Shown piece after piece: positions 47,476-56,300 of a stretch of DNA of 64,000 nt. Position 1 is the first letter of the stretch; the number at the start of each line of letters is the position of its first letter. Source of the stretch: Xanthobacteraceae bacterium (lineage in GTDB: Bacteria > Pseudomonadota > Alphaproteobacteria > Rhizobiales > Xanthobacteraceae); the NCBI GenBank assembly GCA_036267435.1, contig DATAWA010000259.1, positions 7,852 through 71,851 on the forward strand. The letters are read 5' to 3'. A program made the position numbers and the translations under genes. Under the pieces are notes generated by a model. It was not told where the DNA came from. It worked only from the letters and a program-made list of their open reading frames with translations, and made no database searches.

Positions 47476-48258
47476 ATGCGTCTGCCAAAATGGATGGTCC
47501 GCACCGCCTTCTTCCTTCTTCTCGGGCTGTCGATCGGGATGCCGGGCTTGGCGCGCGCCGGCCCGCCTTTCGTGACCGACGATCCGGAGCCGGTCGATTA
47601 TCAGCACTATGAGTTTTACACCTTCACCTCAGGCACCGCAGTCAGCGGCGACACCGCGGGTGTGGGACCAGCTTGGGAGTTCAATTACGGACTCATCCCC
47701 AACGGCCAGTTTCACGTCATCGCGCCCATGGCGTTCGACAGTCCGACCGGCGGCCCAGCGCAATTCGGCTACGGCGACACCGAGCTGGGCTTCAAATATC
47801 GGTTCATTCAGGAAGACAAAAGCGGTCCGACGCCCACGGTCGGCGTGTTTCCGCTCCTCGAACTGCCGACCGGCGACCAGGGCGCCGGCTTGGGCGCCGG
47901 CCATGTGCGCGCCTTTTTCCCGGTCTGGGTGCAAAAGGATCTGGGCAACGACTGGCTGACCTATGGCGGCGGCGGCTATTGGATCAATCACGGCGGCGGC
48001 ACGCTCGACCAGGACTATTGGTTCTTCGGCTGGCTCCTGCAAAAACAAGTCACCAGGCAGCTCGCACTTGGCGGCGAGCTTTTTCATCAGACCGCCCAGA
48101 CCATCGGCGGCAAACAGACCACCGGATTCAACATTGGCGGCGTCTACGACATCGACGACCGCAACCATCTGCTGTTTTCCGCCGGACGGGCGCTGCAAAA
48201 CGCGTCATCGACGAATCTGTTGTCCTGGTATCTCGGCTACCAAATAACCGGCCCGTGA
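47476..48258 (+). CDS. outer-membrane beta-barrel channel (MetA-pathway/transporter family PF13557-like)
   Basis: A signal peptide is followed by PFVTDDPEPVDYQHYEFY. It has alternating beta-strand periodicity and an aromatic C-terminal region (WYLGYQITGP). Confidence 0.6.
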   Translation: MRLPKWMVRTAFFLLLGLSIGMPGLARAGPPFVTDDPEPVDYQHYEFYTFTSGTAVSGDTAGVGPAWEFNYGLIPNGQFHVIAPMAFDSPTGGPAQFGYGDTELGFKYRFIQEDKSGPTPTVGVFPLLELPTGDQGAGLGAGHVRAFFPVWVQKDLGNDWLTYGGGGYWINHGGGTLDQDYWFFGWLLQKQVTRQLALGGELFHQTAQTIGGKQTTGFNIGGVYDIDDRNHLLFSAGRALQNASSTNLLSWYLGYQITGP

Positions 48259-48287
48259 TCGTTTTCCCGCTTGAGCAATCCCGCCCA

Positions 48288-48337
48288 GAGCATGATCCGG
48301 AAAAGTGGATACCGGTTTTCCGAAAAGATCATGCTCC
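48288..48337. repeat. REP family A, cleanest copy (palindrome)
   Basis: agagcatgatccggaaaagtggataccggttttccgaaaagatcatgctcc has outer arms gagcatgatc/gatcatgctc and inner arms cggaaaa/ttttccg. It lies between convergent genes. Confidence 0.9.
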
Positions 48338-48339
48338 AG

Positions 48340-49413
48340 CTAAGACTCTAGCCCGCCGGCGCTTCCGCTCGCCAGGCGCCGATGCACGGCTGCGCCGGCG
48401 TCATACCAGCCGCGGGTCTCATTGACGATCTTCACCACCGACAGCATCACCGGCACCTCGATGAGAACGCCGACCACGGTCGCCAGCGCCGCGCCGGAGT
48501 TGAACCCGAACAGGCTGATGGCGGCGGCGACCGCCAATTCGAAGAAGTTGCTGGCGCCGATCAGCGCCGAGGGCGCCGCGACGCAATGCGCCTCGCCGGC
48601 GGCGCGATTAAGCACATAAGCGAGCCCGGCATTGAAATAGACCTGGATCAGGATCGGCAGCGCCAGCATCGCGATAATCAGCGGCTGGGCCAGAATCTGC
48701 TCGCCTTGAAAGCCGAACAGCAGCAAGAGCGTCGCCAGAAGCGCCACAAGCGAGACTGGCTGCAGCATGAAAAGGAGCCGCGCCAGCAAGTGTGGACCGC
48801 CGCCCGCCAGCACGCTGCGGCGAATGATCTGTGCCAGCACGACCGGCACGACGATGTAGAGAAAAACCGAGAGCAGCAGCGTCTGCCACGGCACCGTGAT
48901 CGCCGATATGCCGAGCAAAAGCCCCACGATCGGCGCGAAAGCAAACACCATGATGACGTCGTTGAGCGCGACCTGACTGAGCGTGAAATGCGGCTCGCCA
49001 TCGGAGAGATTGCTCCAGACGAACACCATCGCCGTGCACGGCGCCGCCGCCAGCAGAATAAGCCCGGCGATATAGCTGCTCACCTGATCGGCCGGCAGAT
49101 ACGGCCGAAACAGCCAGCCGATGAAGAGCCAGCCCAACAGCGCCATGGAGAACGGCTTGACTGCCCAATTGATGAACAGCGTGACGCCGATGCCGCGCCA
49201 GTGTTCCTTCACTTGCGCCAGCGCCGCAAAATCGATTTTCACCAGCATCGGAACGATCATCAGCCAGATCAGCGCGGCCACCGGCAGGTTGACGCTGGCA
49301 ATTTCGATCGAGCCGATGCCGTGGAAAACGACCGGAAACCAGTGCCCGAGCGCGATGCCGGCGATAATGCAAAGCGCGACCCAGAGCGTGAGATAGCGTT
49401 CGAATGTGGACAT
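48340..49413 (-). CDS. acr3: ACR3 family arsenite efflux transporter
   Basis: MSTFERYLTLWVALCI...LIWLMIVPMLVKIDF...AAPCTAMVFVWS is the ACR3 signature, including the conserved Cys. Confidence 0.9.
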   Translation of the reverse strand: MSTFERYLTLWVALCIIAGIALGHWFPVVFHGIGSIEIASVNLPVAALIWLMIVPMLVKIDFAALAQVKEHWRGIGVTLFINWAVKPFSMALLGWLFIGWLFRPYLPADQVSSYIAGLILLAAAPCTAMVFVWSNLSDGEPHFTLSQVALNDVIMVFAFAPIVGLLLGISAITVPWQTLLLSVFLYIVVPVVLAQIIRRSVLAGGGPHLLARLLFMLQPVSLVALLATLLLLFGFQGEQILAQPLIIAMLALPILIQVYFNAGLAYVLNRAAGEAHCVAAPSALIGASNFFELAVAAAISLFGFNSGAALATVVGVLIEVPVMLSVVKIVNETRGWYDAGAAVHRRLASGSAGGLES

Positions 49414-49488
49414 GGTCCTGCTTCGTCGGGTTTGGGCCGGATGTGGCCCGCGCGCGCCGGCACAGCAGCCGCGCGACGGGCGATAAGG

Positions 49489-50028
49489 TCAGGCGGCCGA
49501 GGCCGGTGCAGCGCCTTCGTTCTTGGTCTTGCCGATTGAGTCGAGTTGTTTTTGCAGCGTCAATTGGTCGAGCGCGCGCAGCGGCAGACTGACGAAGATG
49601 TTGATGCGGTTCGTCAGCATGCGCAGCGCATCGGCGAAGGCAAAGCGGATTTCCGCCTCGGTGCCGGTGGCGGCCGCCGGATCGGGCACGCCCCAATGCG
49701 CCGTCATCGGCTGGCCCGGCCAGACCGGGCAGGTTTCGGCCGCCGCATTGTCGCAGACGGTGAAAACGAAATCGAGCTTCGGCGCGTCGGGGCCGGAAAA
49801 CTCCTTCCAGCTCTTCGACCGCAAGCCCGTCACGTCGTAATGCAGCTTGCGCAACAAATCGAGCGCGTAAGGATGCACTTCGCCTTTCGGCTGGCTGCCG
49901 GCCGAAAAGCCTTTGAACTTGCCCGCCCCGGCGCGATTGAGCACCGCCTCGGCCATGATCGAACGCGCCGAATTGCCGGTGCAAAGAAAAAGCACGTTGA
50001 AAACTTTATTCTCCACCAGCTCGATCAT
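49489..50028 (-). CDS. arsC: arsenate reductase, LMW-PTPase (thioredoxin-coupled) type
   Basis: VLFLCTGNSARSIMAEA is the CX5R P-loop. TVCDNAAAETCP carries the distal Cys pair. Confidence 0.9.
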   Translation of the reverse strand: MIELVENKVFNVLFLCTGNSARSIMAEAVLNRAGAGKFKGFSAGSQPKGEVHPYALDLLRKLHYDVTGLRSKSWKEFSGPDAPKLDFVFTVCDNAAAETCPVWPGQPMTAHWGVPDPAAATGTEAEIRFAFADALRMLTNRINIFVSLPLRALDQLTLQKQLDSIGKTKNEGAAPASAA

Positions 50029-50058
50029 CGGCTCCTCCCTCGACCGGCACCACTGGCC

Positions 50059-50526
50059 TCAACGGCAACATGCGGCTGCGGTTTGCGGCGCAGCGGCCGG
50101 TGCGCAGCAAGACTTGGCCTGCGCAACGCGCGCCTCGCGTTCGCCGCTGCCGTCGCCATAGTCCGTGCTGTCACCGGTGGTGAGGAAAGTTTCCCAGGAA
50201 ATCCCGGCCGGATCGTCGATCCAGGACTTTTCCGACTTGGCGTAGCAGCAGTTTGTTTGCCCCTGCTCGACCACCGCACCGCCGGCATCCCGCAGCCGCG
50301 CATAGACCTCTTTCAGCTCGTCGCTGGTCTCCACCTGAATGCCCAAATGATCGAGACCGGGTTGCCGGCCGCGCGTCGAAATGGCGAAATTGACCCGTGG
50401 ATCGTCGAGCATCCATTTGGCGTAATCGGTTTTGACCACGGACGGGCGCGCCGCGAACAGCGCCGAGTAGAATCCGATCGCATGCGATAGATCGCCAACG
50501 GCGACATGAACGTGCAGGCGTTTCAT
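50059..50526 (-). CDS. ArsI/CadI family VOC (glyoxalase-fold) metalloenzyme
   Basis: MKRLHVHVAVGDL...LDHLGIQV is a VOC fold. It has a vicinal Cys pair TNCCYA as in ArsI C-As lyase, and a Cys-rich tail (SCC...ACC). It sits inside the ars operon. Confidence 0.7.
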   Translation of the reverse strand: MKRLHVHVAVGDLSHAIGFYSALFAARPSVVKTDYAKWMLDDPRVNFAISTRGRQPGLDHLGIQVETSDELKEVYARLRDAGGAVVEQGQTNCCYAKSEKSWIDDPAGISWETFLTTGDSTDYGDGSGEREARVAQAKSCCAPAAAPQTAAACCR

Positions 50527-50538
50527 GACGTGTTCCCT

Positions 50539-50904
50539 TCAGGCTTCGGCCTTGGCGCGCTTGCCGCGCGCGGGCTTGCAGACCGCCGCGGGCGCGCAGG
50601 CTTCCGCCGTGGCGTTTTGCGACCCTTGGCAGCAATTCTCGGTGAGAAAGCCGATCAGCGCGTTCATCGCCTCGAACCGCGCCGCATAGATCATCGAGCG
50701 GCCGTCGCGCCGCACGGTGACGAGGCCGGCGTCGCGCAAGCGGTCGAAATGAAAAGTGAGCGTGTTCGGCGCGAGAGCGAGTTTTTGCGCCACCTGGCCC
50801 GCCGGCAATCCCTCCGGCCCCGCTTCGACCAAAAGCCGGAACACATCGAGACGATTGTCTTGGGCGAGCGCGGCCAAAGCCGCCACCACGTCGGGCTTTT
50901 TCAT
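50539..50904 (-). CDS. arsR: ArsR/SmtB family metalloregulator
   Basis: ALAQDNRLDVFRLL...LTFHFDRLRDAGLV is a winged HTH. The C-terminus carries an ENCC...C...C cysteine cluster, as in the C-terminal As(III)-site type of ArsR. Confidence 0.85.
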   Translation of the reverse strand: MKKPDVVAALAALAQDNRLDVFRLLVEAGPEGLPAGQVAQKLALAPNTLTFHFDRLRDAGLVTVRRDGRSMIYAARFEAMNALIGFLTENCCQGSQNATAEACAPAAVCKPARGKRAKAEA

Positions 50905-50967
50905 ATTTCAATGATTATTGAAATAACAATCCGGCGTCAAGCGATATTTCGATGATTATCGAAATAT
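50905..50967 (-). promoter_or_regulatory. arsR control region: two related palindromes plus sigma-70-like promoter
   Basis: Palindrome 1 is atttcaat-gatt-attgaaat (50905-50924) and palindrome 2 is atatttcgat-gatt-atcgaaatat (50944-50967). Their centres are 41 bp apart. On the minus strand, TTGACG (50940-50935), a 17-nt spacer and TAATCA (50917-50912) are followed by 7 nt and then the arsR ATG at 50904. Confidence 0.6.
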
Positions 50968-51027
50968 TCTGGACCGCTTAGCCGGCGCGCCGCCGCCCTT
51001 CGCGCGCGGGCGCTGGCCCGAGAATGG

Positions 51028-51426
51028 CTAAACCATAATACGATACTTGGTGCCGTGATTTGTTTGACAGACAAGCGTCCCGTGACCGTCAAGATCGAGC
51101 GTGCCATCGCAAGTGAGTATCGTTCCACGGGGGCCAGTCGCGTTCACGGCTACGGGGCGACCGCTACCGGCAGCCACTGCGGTAGTCATATGGGTGCCAG
51201 CAAAACTTACAGCCATGGCATCATTCTCGGTCACCTGATATTCGCCCTTTAAAATCTCTCCATCGGGCATCGTGACGGTGACCGGTCCTTGACCTATCCC
51301 CTGAGCCACAAACTGAAATTTCGGGACGCCTGCGGCTAAGGACGCGTCATCGAGCGGGAACGCGCGCCCCGATTCAGTGCAACCGGCGCACAAGCTGGCT
51401 AGTGTTAGTATGACGATCACTCGCAT
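51028..51426 (-). CDS. putative lipoprotein, unknown function
   Basis: MRVIVILTLASLCAGC carries a lipobox. The mature part is beta-rich. G+C is visibly lower than in flanking genes. Confidence 0.55.
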   Translation of the reverse strand: MRVIVILTLASLCAGCTESGRAFPLDDASLAAGVPKFQFVAQGIGQGPVTVTMPDGEILKGEYQVTENDAMAVSFAGTHMTTAVAAGSGRPVAVNATGPRGTILTCDGTLDLDGHGTLVCQTNHGTKYRIMV

Positions 51427-51546
51427 AAGAACCCCCCAGAGGCGGCAAGGCTATCACGGGTTGCCATCAAAAGGGACCAGCAGAAAACTCAAAAGGGGCC
51501 AGCGGGGATGGAGAGTAGCCAGTACCCGCGCGGGAGCGCAAAGATA

Positions 51547-51951
51547 CTACGCCGCACGCCGCCGCAGCCGCCACAGCGCCCAAGAGCCGATGAGCGCGAG
51601 CGCAACGGCAATGGCGAACCAGAAGCGGGAATAAAGCGCCATCTCGCCAGGCGCCGACAGCGCATCGCCGAACGTCGCCTGCCACACCGCCCAGCGATGC
51701 TTGACGATCATCGCGTTGATACCCTGCAGCAGGCAGAACACCGCGGCGAGATAATAAAGCAGCACAAGAATCCAGCCGAACACACGGGACTGCTTGGCGT
51801 TTTCCGACAGGCCGGCCCAGGAAGGAAAACCCTCCTGCCCGGGCCGAGCCGGGAGCACGCCGATCCGCGAGCCAGCGGTGAGTAAGGCGGCCGCGGCCAG
51901 CGCGACGGCACCCACGAGAGTAACGATGGCGATCGCGGTCAGCGCATCCAT
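51547..51951 (-). CDS. membrane protein, unknown function
   Basis: It has four hydrophobic segments. It was trimmed to MDALT, with agagggg upstream. A perfect TATAAT (minus strand, 52008-52003) lies about 50 nt upstream. Confidence 0.5.
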   Translation of the reverse strand: MDALTAIAIVTLVGAVALAAAALLTAGSRIGVLPARPGQEGFPSWAGLSENAKQSRVFGWILVLLYYLAAVFCLLQGINAMIVKHRWAVWQATFGDALSAPGEMALYSRFWFAIAVALALIGSWALWRLRRRAA

Positions 51952-52127
51952 GCTACAGGCCCCTCTGCCGCTTATCGAATTCGCGACCTTGCCCACCCAA
52001 ATATTATAGCCGAAACAAGCTCCGGCCCCATACGCGTACGCGTGCTAGTTGCACGAATCGAAGACTTCAGCGAAGCTGGCCCTGTCGGTTCCGTTTTGTT
52101 CGATGCGTAGTATCCGGGGCCAATCGA

Positions 52128-52541
52128 TTGGAGCTCACCTTCCAGACTGCCGAACTTCGGGAAATCTGCGAGAAGCGCACTGTAGCGGTAGCCGAATTGG
52201 GCTACACTAGCGCTCGCGAGCTTGCCGATAGACTTGCGGATATCGAGGCGGTCCTTACTGCAGCCGAGTTATCTCTGTTGCTAGGCGACTCAATACTCGG
52301 CTCGATTCGGTCGCCAGTCGCTGCAGCAGCAAGTATTTTATATGCGCTTGAGATGCTCTTCGACGTGCGTTTTACCAACGCGATTCTTACGACTGCTTCA
52401 CATCCCCTCTCTCCCCAGCACAGCAGTGCAGCCGTTGCGGGTCCGGTCATCAGTAACTCATCTTCACCCTGGACGAACTCAACCAGCTCCATCAGAGCTT
52501 TTGCGCCACCGTCTTGCACCAGTGACAATAGCCATCTGTAA
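52128..52541 (+). pseudogene. possible HigB/killer-type toxin-like remnant; coding strand ambiguous
   Basis: The first 50 or so codons (ELTFQTAELREICEKRTVAVAELGYTSARELADRLADIEAVLTAAEL) resemble the N-terminus of a toxin-like family I recall as ME-x-F...LR..CE...A...LG...A..L..RLADL.A. The rest is not recognisable. An equally plausible 119-aa ORF lies antisense (52202-52561, with GGGGG before its ATG). Confidence 0.25.
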
Positions 52542-52705
52542 AATTCAGACGCAGTGAGCATATTGCCCCCAAAAAAGGCTGGCCCTCTTACCAGGACGCG
52601 CCCCCGAGGAATTGCTTACCAGTGTAGCATGAAAATTTTGGCGGCCCCGTCGCTCATTATGTTACGGTACTTGACAACCGTCTCTGCCATAGATACATAC
52701 AGTGA

Positions 52706-53125
52706 CACTCTCGCCCAGAAGGACGCCAGCCGGGTGACGCCGGTTGGTCGGGGCGAGGACGGTTCCCGCGGGCGGGGTTGTCAGCCTCGCTCCCGGGCGG
52801 CTCCGGGCCAAAACGCCCGGCCGGCATTACGACCGGTCTGCGGGGATAATTTCCCCCGCTGCACTGGGGCGGCAGGGGACGGATAACTCCCGTCCCTGCG
52901 TAGTCCCGCCTCAGGAAGCGCGTGAACTGGAGCTGAGCGGTGGCGTTCGGTCGCTGCCGCAAGTGCCGGAGTGGAACGCCGGCAGGCGAGCGCGCCCGAT
53001 AGCGGAAGGGCGGCGCAAGCCGCCTTGTCCGCGGCGCGCCCTGTGCGCCGCTTGCGTACAGGTTCTCTCTGCGGTCCGCATTTGACCGCAGTGCGTCTGC
53101 CGGCGGTCCACTTCCTTTCTTTTAT
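52706..53125 (+). ncRNA. candidate structured non-coding RNA, class unknown
   Basis: No credible ORF exists in any frame. Upstream, TTGACA (52671-52676), a 17-nt spacer and TACATA (52694-52699) form a promoter-like signal. Many independent GC-rich helices are present, including a GCAA tetraloop hairpin (53009-53024) nested in two further helices (53002-06/53028-32 and 52990-96/53033-39). There is also a 9-bp helix 52864-72/52906-14 enclosing another hairpin, and a ttcggt-loop hairpin (52937-60). The region ends in the T-tract tttcttttattt (53116-53127). Confidence 0.4.
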
Positions 53126-53153
53126 TTGACGGAAGCGAGGCGCAAAGAGTTTC

Positions 53154-53240
53154 GTAGCCTGGGCCGAACGACGTGAAACCCAGGATGGGCCGTGAAGCCG
53201 ATCAATCGTACCCGGATTTCGCTCCGCTCAATCCGGGCTC
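53154..53240. repeat. REP-like hairpins (family E)
   Basis: cctggg-ccgaacgacgtgaaa-cccagg (53158-53184) and cccggatt-tcgctccgctca-atccggg (53211-53237) lie in the gap downstream of the TPR gene stop. Confidence 0.7.
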
Positions 53241-53398
53241 CGGCATCGGCGAACCGCGAAAGCGGCTGGTGAAAAATTTGGACGGCTGAAGTTCTCGCAC
53301 TTCAGCATGGACCGCAGGACTCACGTCCGGCGGTGACGAGGAGGCTATGTGCGTGGACGAACTTTTCCTCACCCGCTTCTGCGGGCCGGGACAAATAG

Positions 53399-56300
53399 CT
53401 ACCGCATCGCGGTGCGGCCGGAGGCTTGGGCCGGCGGCAGCGGCGGGAGCGACGGCGCCGGGGCTTGCATGTCCGGCGGCAGCGGCGACGACGAGGCGCT
53501 CGGCGTGCCCTCGCTGGGCGCGGCGGCGGGCGGCGCGGCCGCCGGCGAGTTCGGGTAGTACGCCTTCGTATCGCGCAGAAAGGTTTCCAGCGTATCGGCG
53601 GAGGCAGCAGCATGGGCAACGGACGCAAATTCGTCGCCACTCGTCCCCAGCGGCGCCGAGACGACGGCGAAGGCGTGCGCGTCCGGCGTCGCCGCCATCG
53701 CGGCGGCATAGCGGTCGCGGAACCGGCCGAGGCCGAGCTGGTCCTGGGCGATCGCATAGCCGACTTCGGCGCGCATGATGTCGGCCTGCTCGTCGGCGTT
53801 CAACGGCGTGAAATCCTTGCCGCGATCGCCGAGCAAAAGCTCGAGCTGCTCGGCCGATTCGTCGTAGCGCTTCGCCGCCCACAAAATATCGGCGCGCAGC
53901 CGCAGCGCCGGACGTCCGGCGACGTCGGCGATCACTTCGAGCGCCACGTCATGGCGGCCGAGGTCGGACAGCGCGCGCGCTTCAAGCAGCAGCCGCTGGT
54001 CGCGCATGTCGTTGGTCAGATTGGCGGTGCGGCTGGCGCGCAGCACGGCGAGCGCCCGGTCGGGCTTGCGGTCCATCAGATAAACCACGGCAAGCCGTGT
54101 CGCCACCTCGGCGCGGGCGGCGCCGTCGAGGCGGTGATCGACCTGGTATTGCAACAGGCTGGCGGCCTGGTCGAGGAGATCGACCGAGACCAAGCGGTCG
54201 GCCAGCCGCCGGATCATTTCGTCGCCGCGCGAGCCGATCGGGACCAGCTCGCGAAAATCGTAGAACAAGGACAGCGCGTCGATCGCCGGCAAGCGGTCGC
54301 CCATGCCGGTCAGGAACAATTGGTCGAACGTGTGCGCCGCTTCGTCCTGGATCTGATGCGTCAGCGCCGAATCCGGACGCGCCGCCATGGCGCTGCGCAT
54401 GACATAGAAGGCGTCGCGATAGCGGCCCTCCTCGGTATACAGATGCGCCAGCACCTTGAGCGCCTCGATCTCGGTTTCATCGCCGCGCCAGATCGTGGTG
54501 AGCGTCTCGAGCCGGGAGATGACGTCGTCGCGCTTGAGATCGCCGAGCTGATAGCGCAGCACGGTCTCGCGCAACTGGCCCTGCGCCGCCGCCGGGCGAT
54601 CCCAGGAATCGGCAGCCGTCCGGTAGGCGGCGAGCGCGTCCTCCTTGCGGCCGAGCCCTTCGGCCAGCCGGCCCATCAGCACCGCGAGCGACGGCTCCAT
54701 GGCATGCGGAATGCCGATGGTCTGAAAGTCGTTGAGCGCGTTCGAGGCGCCGTCGAAATCGCCGACCTCGATGGCCGAGCGCATGTCCTCCTTGAGCGCC
54801 ACGCGCTGCAATTCGACCGGCAGCGTCGCCATCGCCGCCGCCATGGTCTTGAACGTGTCGCGCGCCTGGGTCCATTGGCCTTGCCTGGCGTAGGCCAGCG
54901 CCCGCCACAGCGGCGCGTCGTGCTGGTCGCCGACGCCGGGCTCGGCGAGATCCTTGAGCGCATCGTCAGGCCGGCCCATCATCACTTCGGCGATCGCGCG
55001 CAGCACCAGCGCCGATCCGATCTCGCCGGAATTGCGCTGCGCGGCGACGGCGACGTCGAGCACGCCCTTGGCCTCCGGGTACATGCCGCGCGCGATGTAA
55101 AAGCGCGCCAGCTCCAGACGCGGCAACAGCCGTTGCGGCTCCGGCGCCGCGGCGGCCACCGCGATCAGATGATCCTGGCCGTCGAAATACGGGCCCGCGA
55201 GGTCATGGCCCCAGGCTTCCGAATCGAACATCGCCGCGCGCATGCTGGAGCCGCTCAAAAGCTTTTGCGTCGGCGTCGACAAAGTCAGGCCGGGCGGACG
55301 GCCGACGACGATCTTGTCCTTGGCAAGCTTCACCGTCAGATCGTCGGCGAGCGGCACGATCGCCACGCCCTGGGTCGACGCCAGCGCATGAAATTCGACG
55401 AAATCCTGCTCCGCGATCAGACCGCGCGCCGGCGGCAGCGCGGTGACGACGAACAGGCTGTCGCCCTCCGCCGGATCGTCGATCTGATGGACCTGTTGCG
55501 GGCTGCTCAACGGGATGCTGACGTTGGCGCGATCCGGCCCGATCAGTTCGCGGTTGATCGTCAAAGGCCGCGTCGGGTCGGCGATGGAGTCGCCGATATG
55601 CACCGTCCACACCGAGCCTTCGGCGGCGACGCTCGACAGATGCGGGCGATCGAGCTTGAGCCGCACCACGTCGGCGCCGCCGCTGTGGCTGAACTGAGAG
55701 CTGCGGATGACGTGGCTTGGCTCACCGTCGAGCGCGCTCAAGTCGATGGCGGCCTTGGCGTCGAACACGATCCACAGCGTGTCGGCGCGCTGGAACACCG
55801 CGGCGCCGAGCGCGCTGTCGAAAGGGAACGACAATTTGATGTCGCCGTCCTGCTCGTTGAGCTCCGCGGCGATGCCGCCGGCGGTGTTGCCGCCGGGCGC
55901 CGCGGTTGTCTTTGCGGCGGCGCTTGGCACGGCAGGATTTTGCGCCGGCGGATTGGCGGCGGCTGCAGCAGGCGTCGCCGTTGCGGCCTTGTTTGTGGTG
56001 CTCGGCGGCGCGGCGGGAGGAGCCGGCGATGACCCGCTCGCCACGGCCGCAGCAGGCGCCGCCGCGCTTCCTTGTTTGTTACTCGGCGGCGGCGCAGCCG
56101 CAGGCGCCGGCCCGCTCGCCGCCGCCGGTGGTGCCGCGGCAGGCGGCATGGCGAGAGGCGGCGCAGCGGCTTGTTTTGGCGCGGCGGGCGCGGCGGCCGG
56201 CGCGGGCATGGCCGCTGCGGCAGACGGCGCGGGCGCCGGCTTTTGCACTGGCGGCGCGGCAGCGGCCGGCGGCTCTTCCAGTTTCGGCGGAGCCGCGGCC

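Noticed and set aside
52706-53125. Identification of the structured region as RNase P RNA, tmRNA, a cobalamin riboswitch or a group II intron
   Set aside because: I looked on both strands for GAGGAAAGTCCGGGC and ACAGAA (RNase P), GGTTCGA-type T-loops and an ANDN tag frame (tmRNA), a B12 box, and a GTGCG 5' end plus domain V. None is present, so the class remains unknown rather than assigned.
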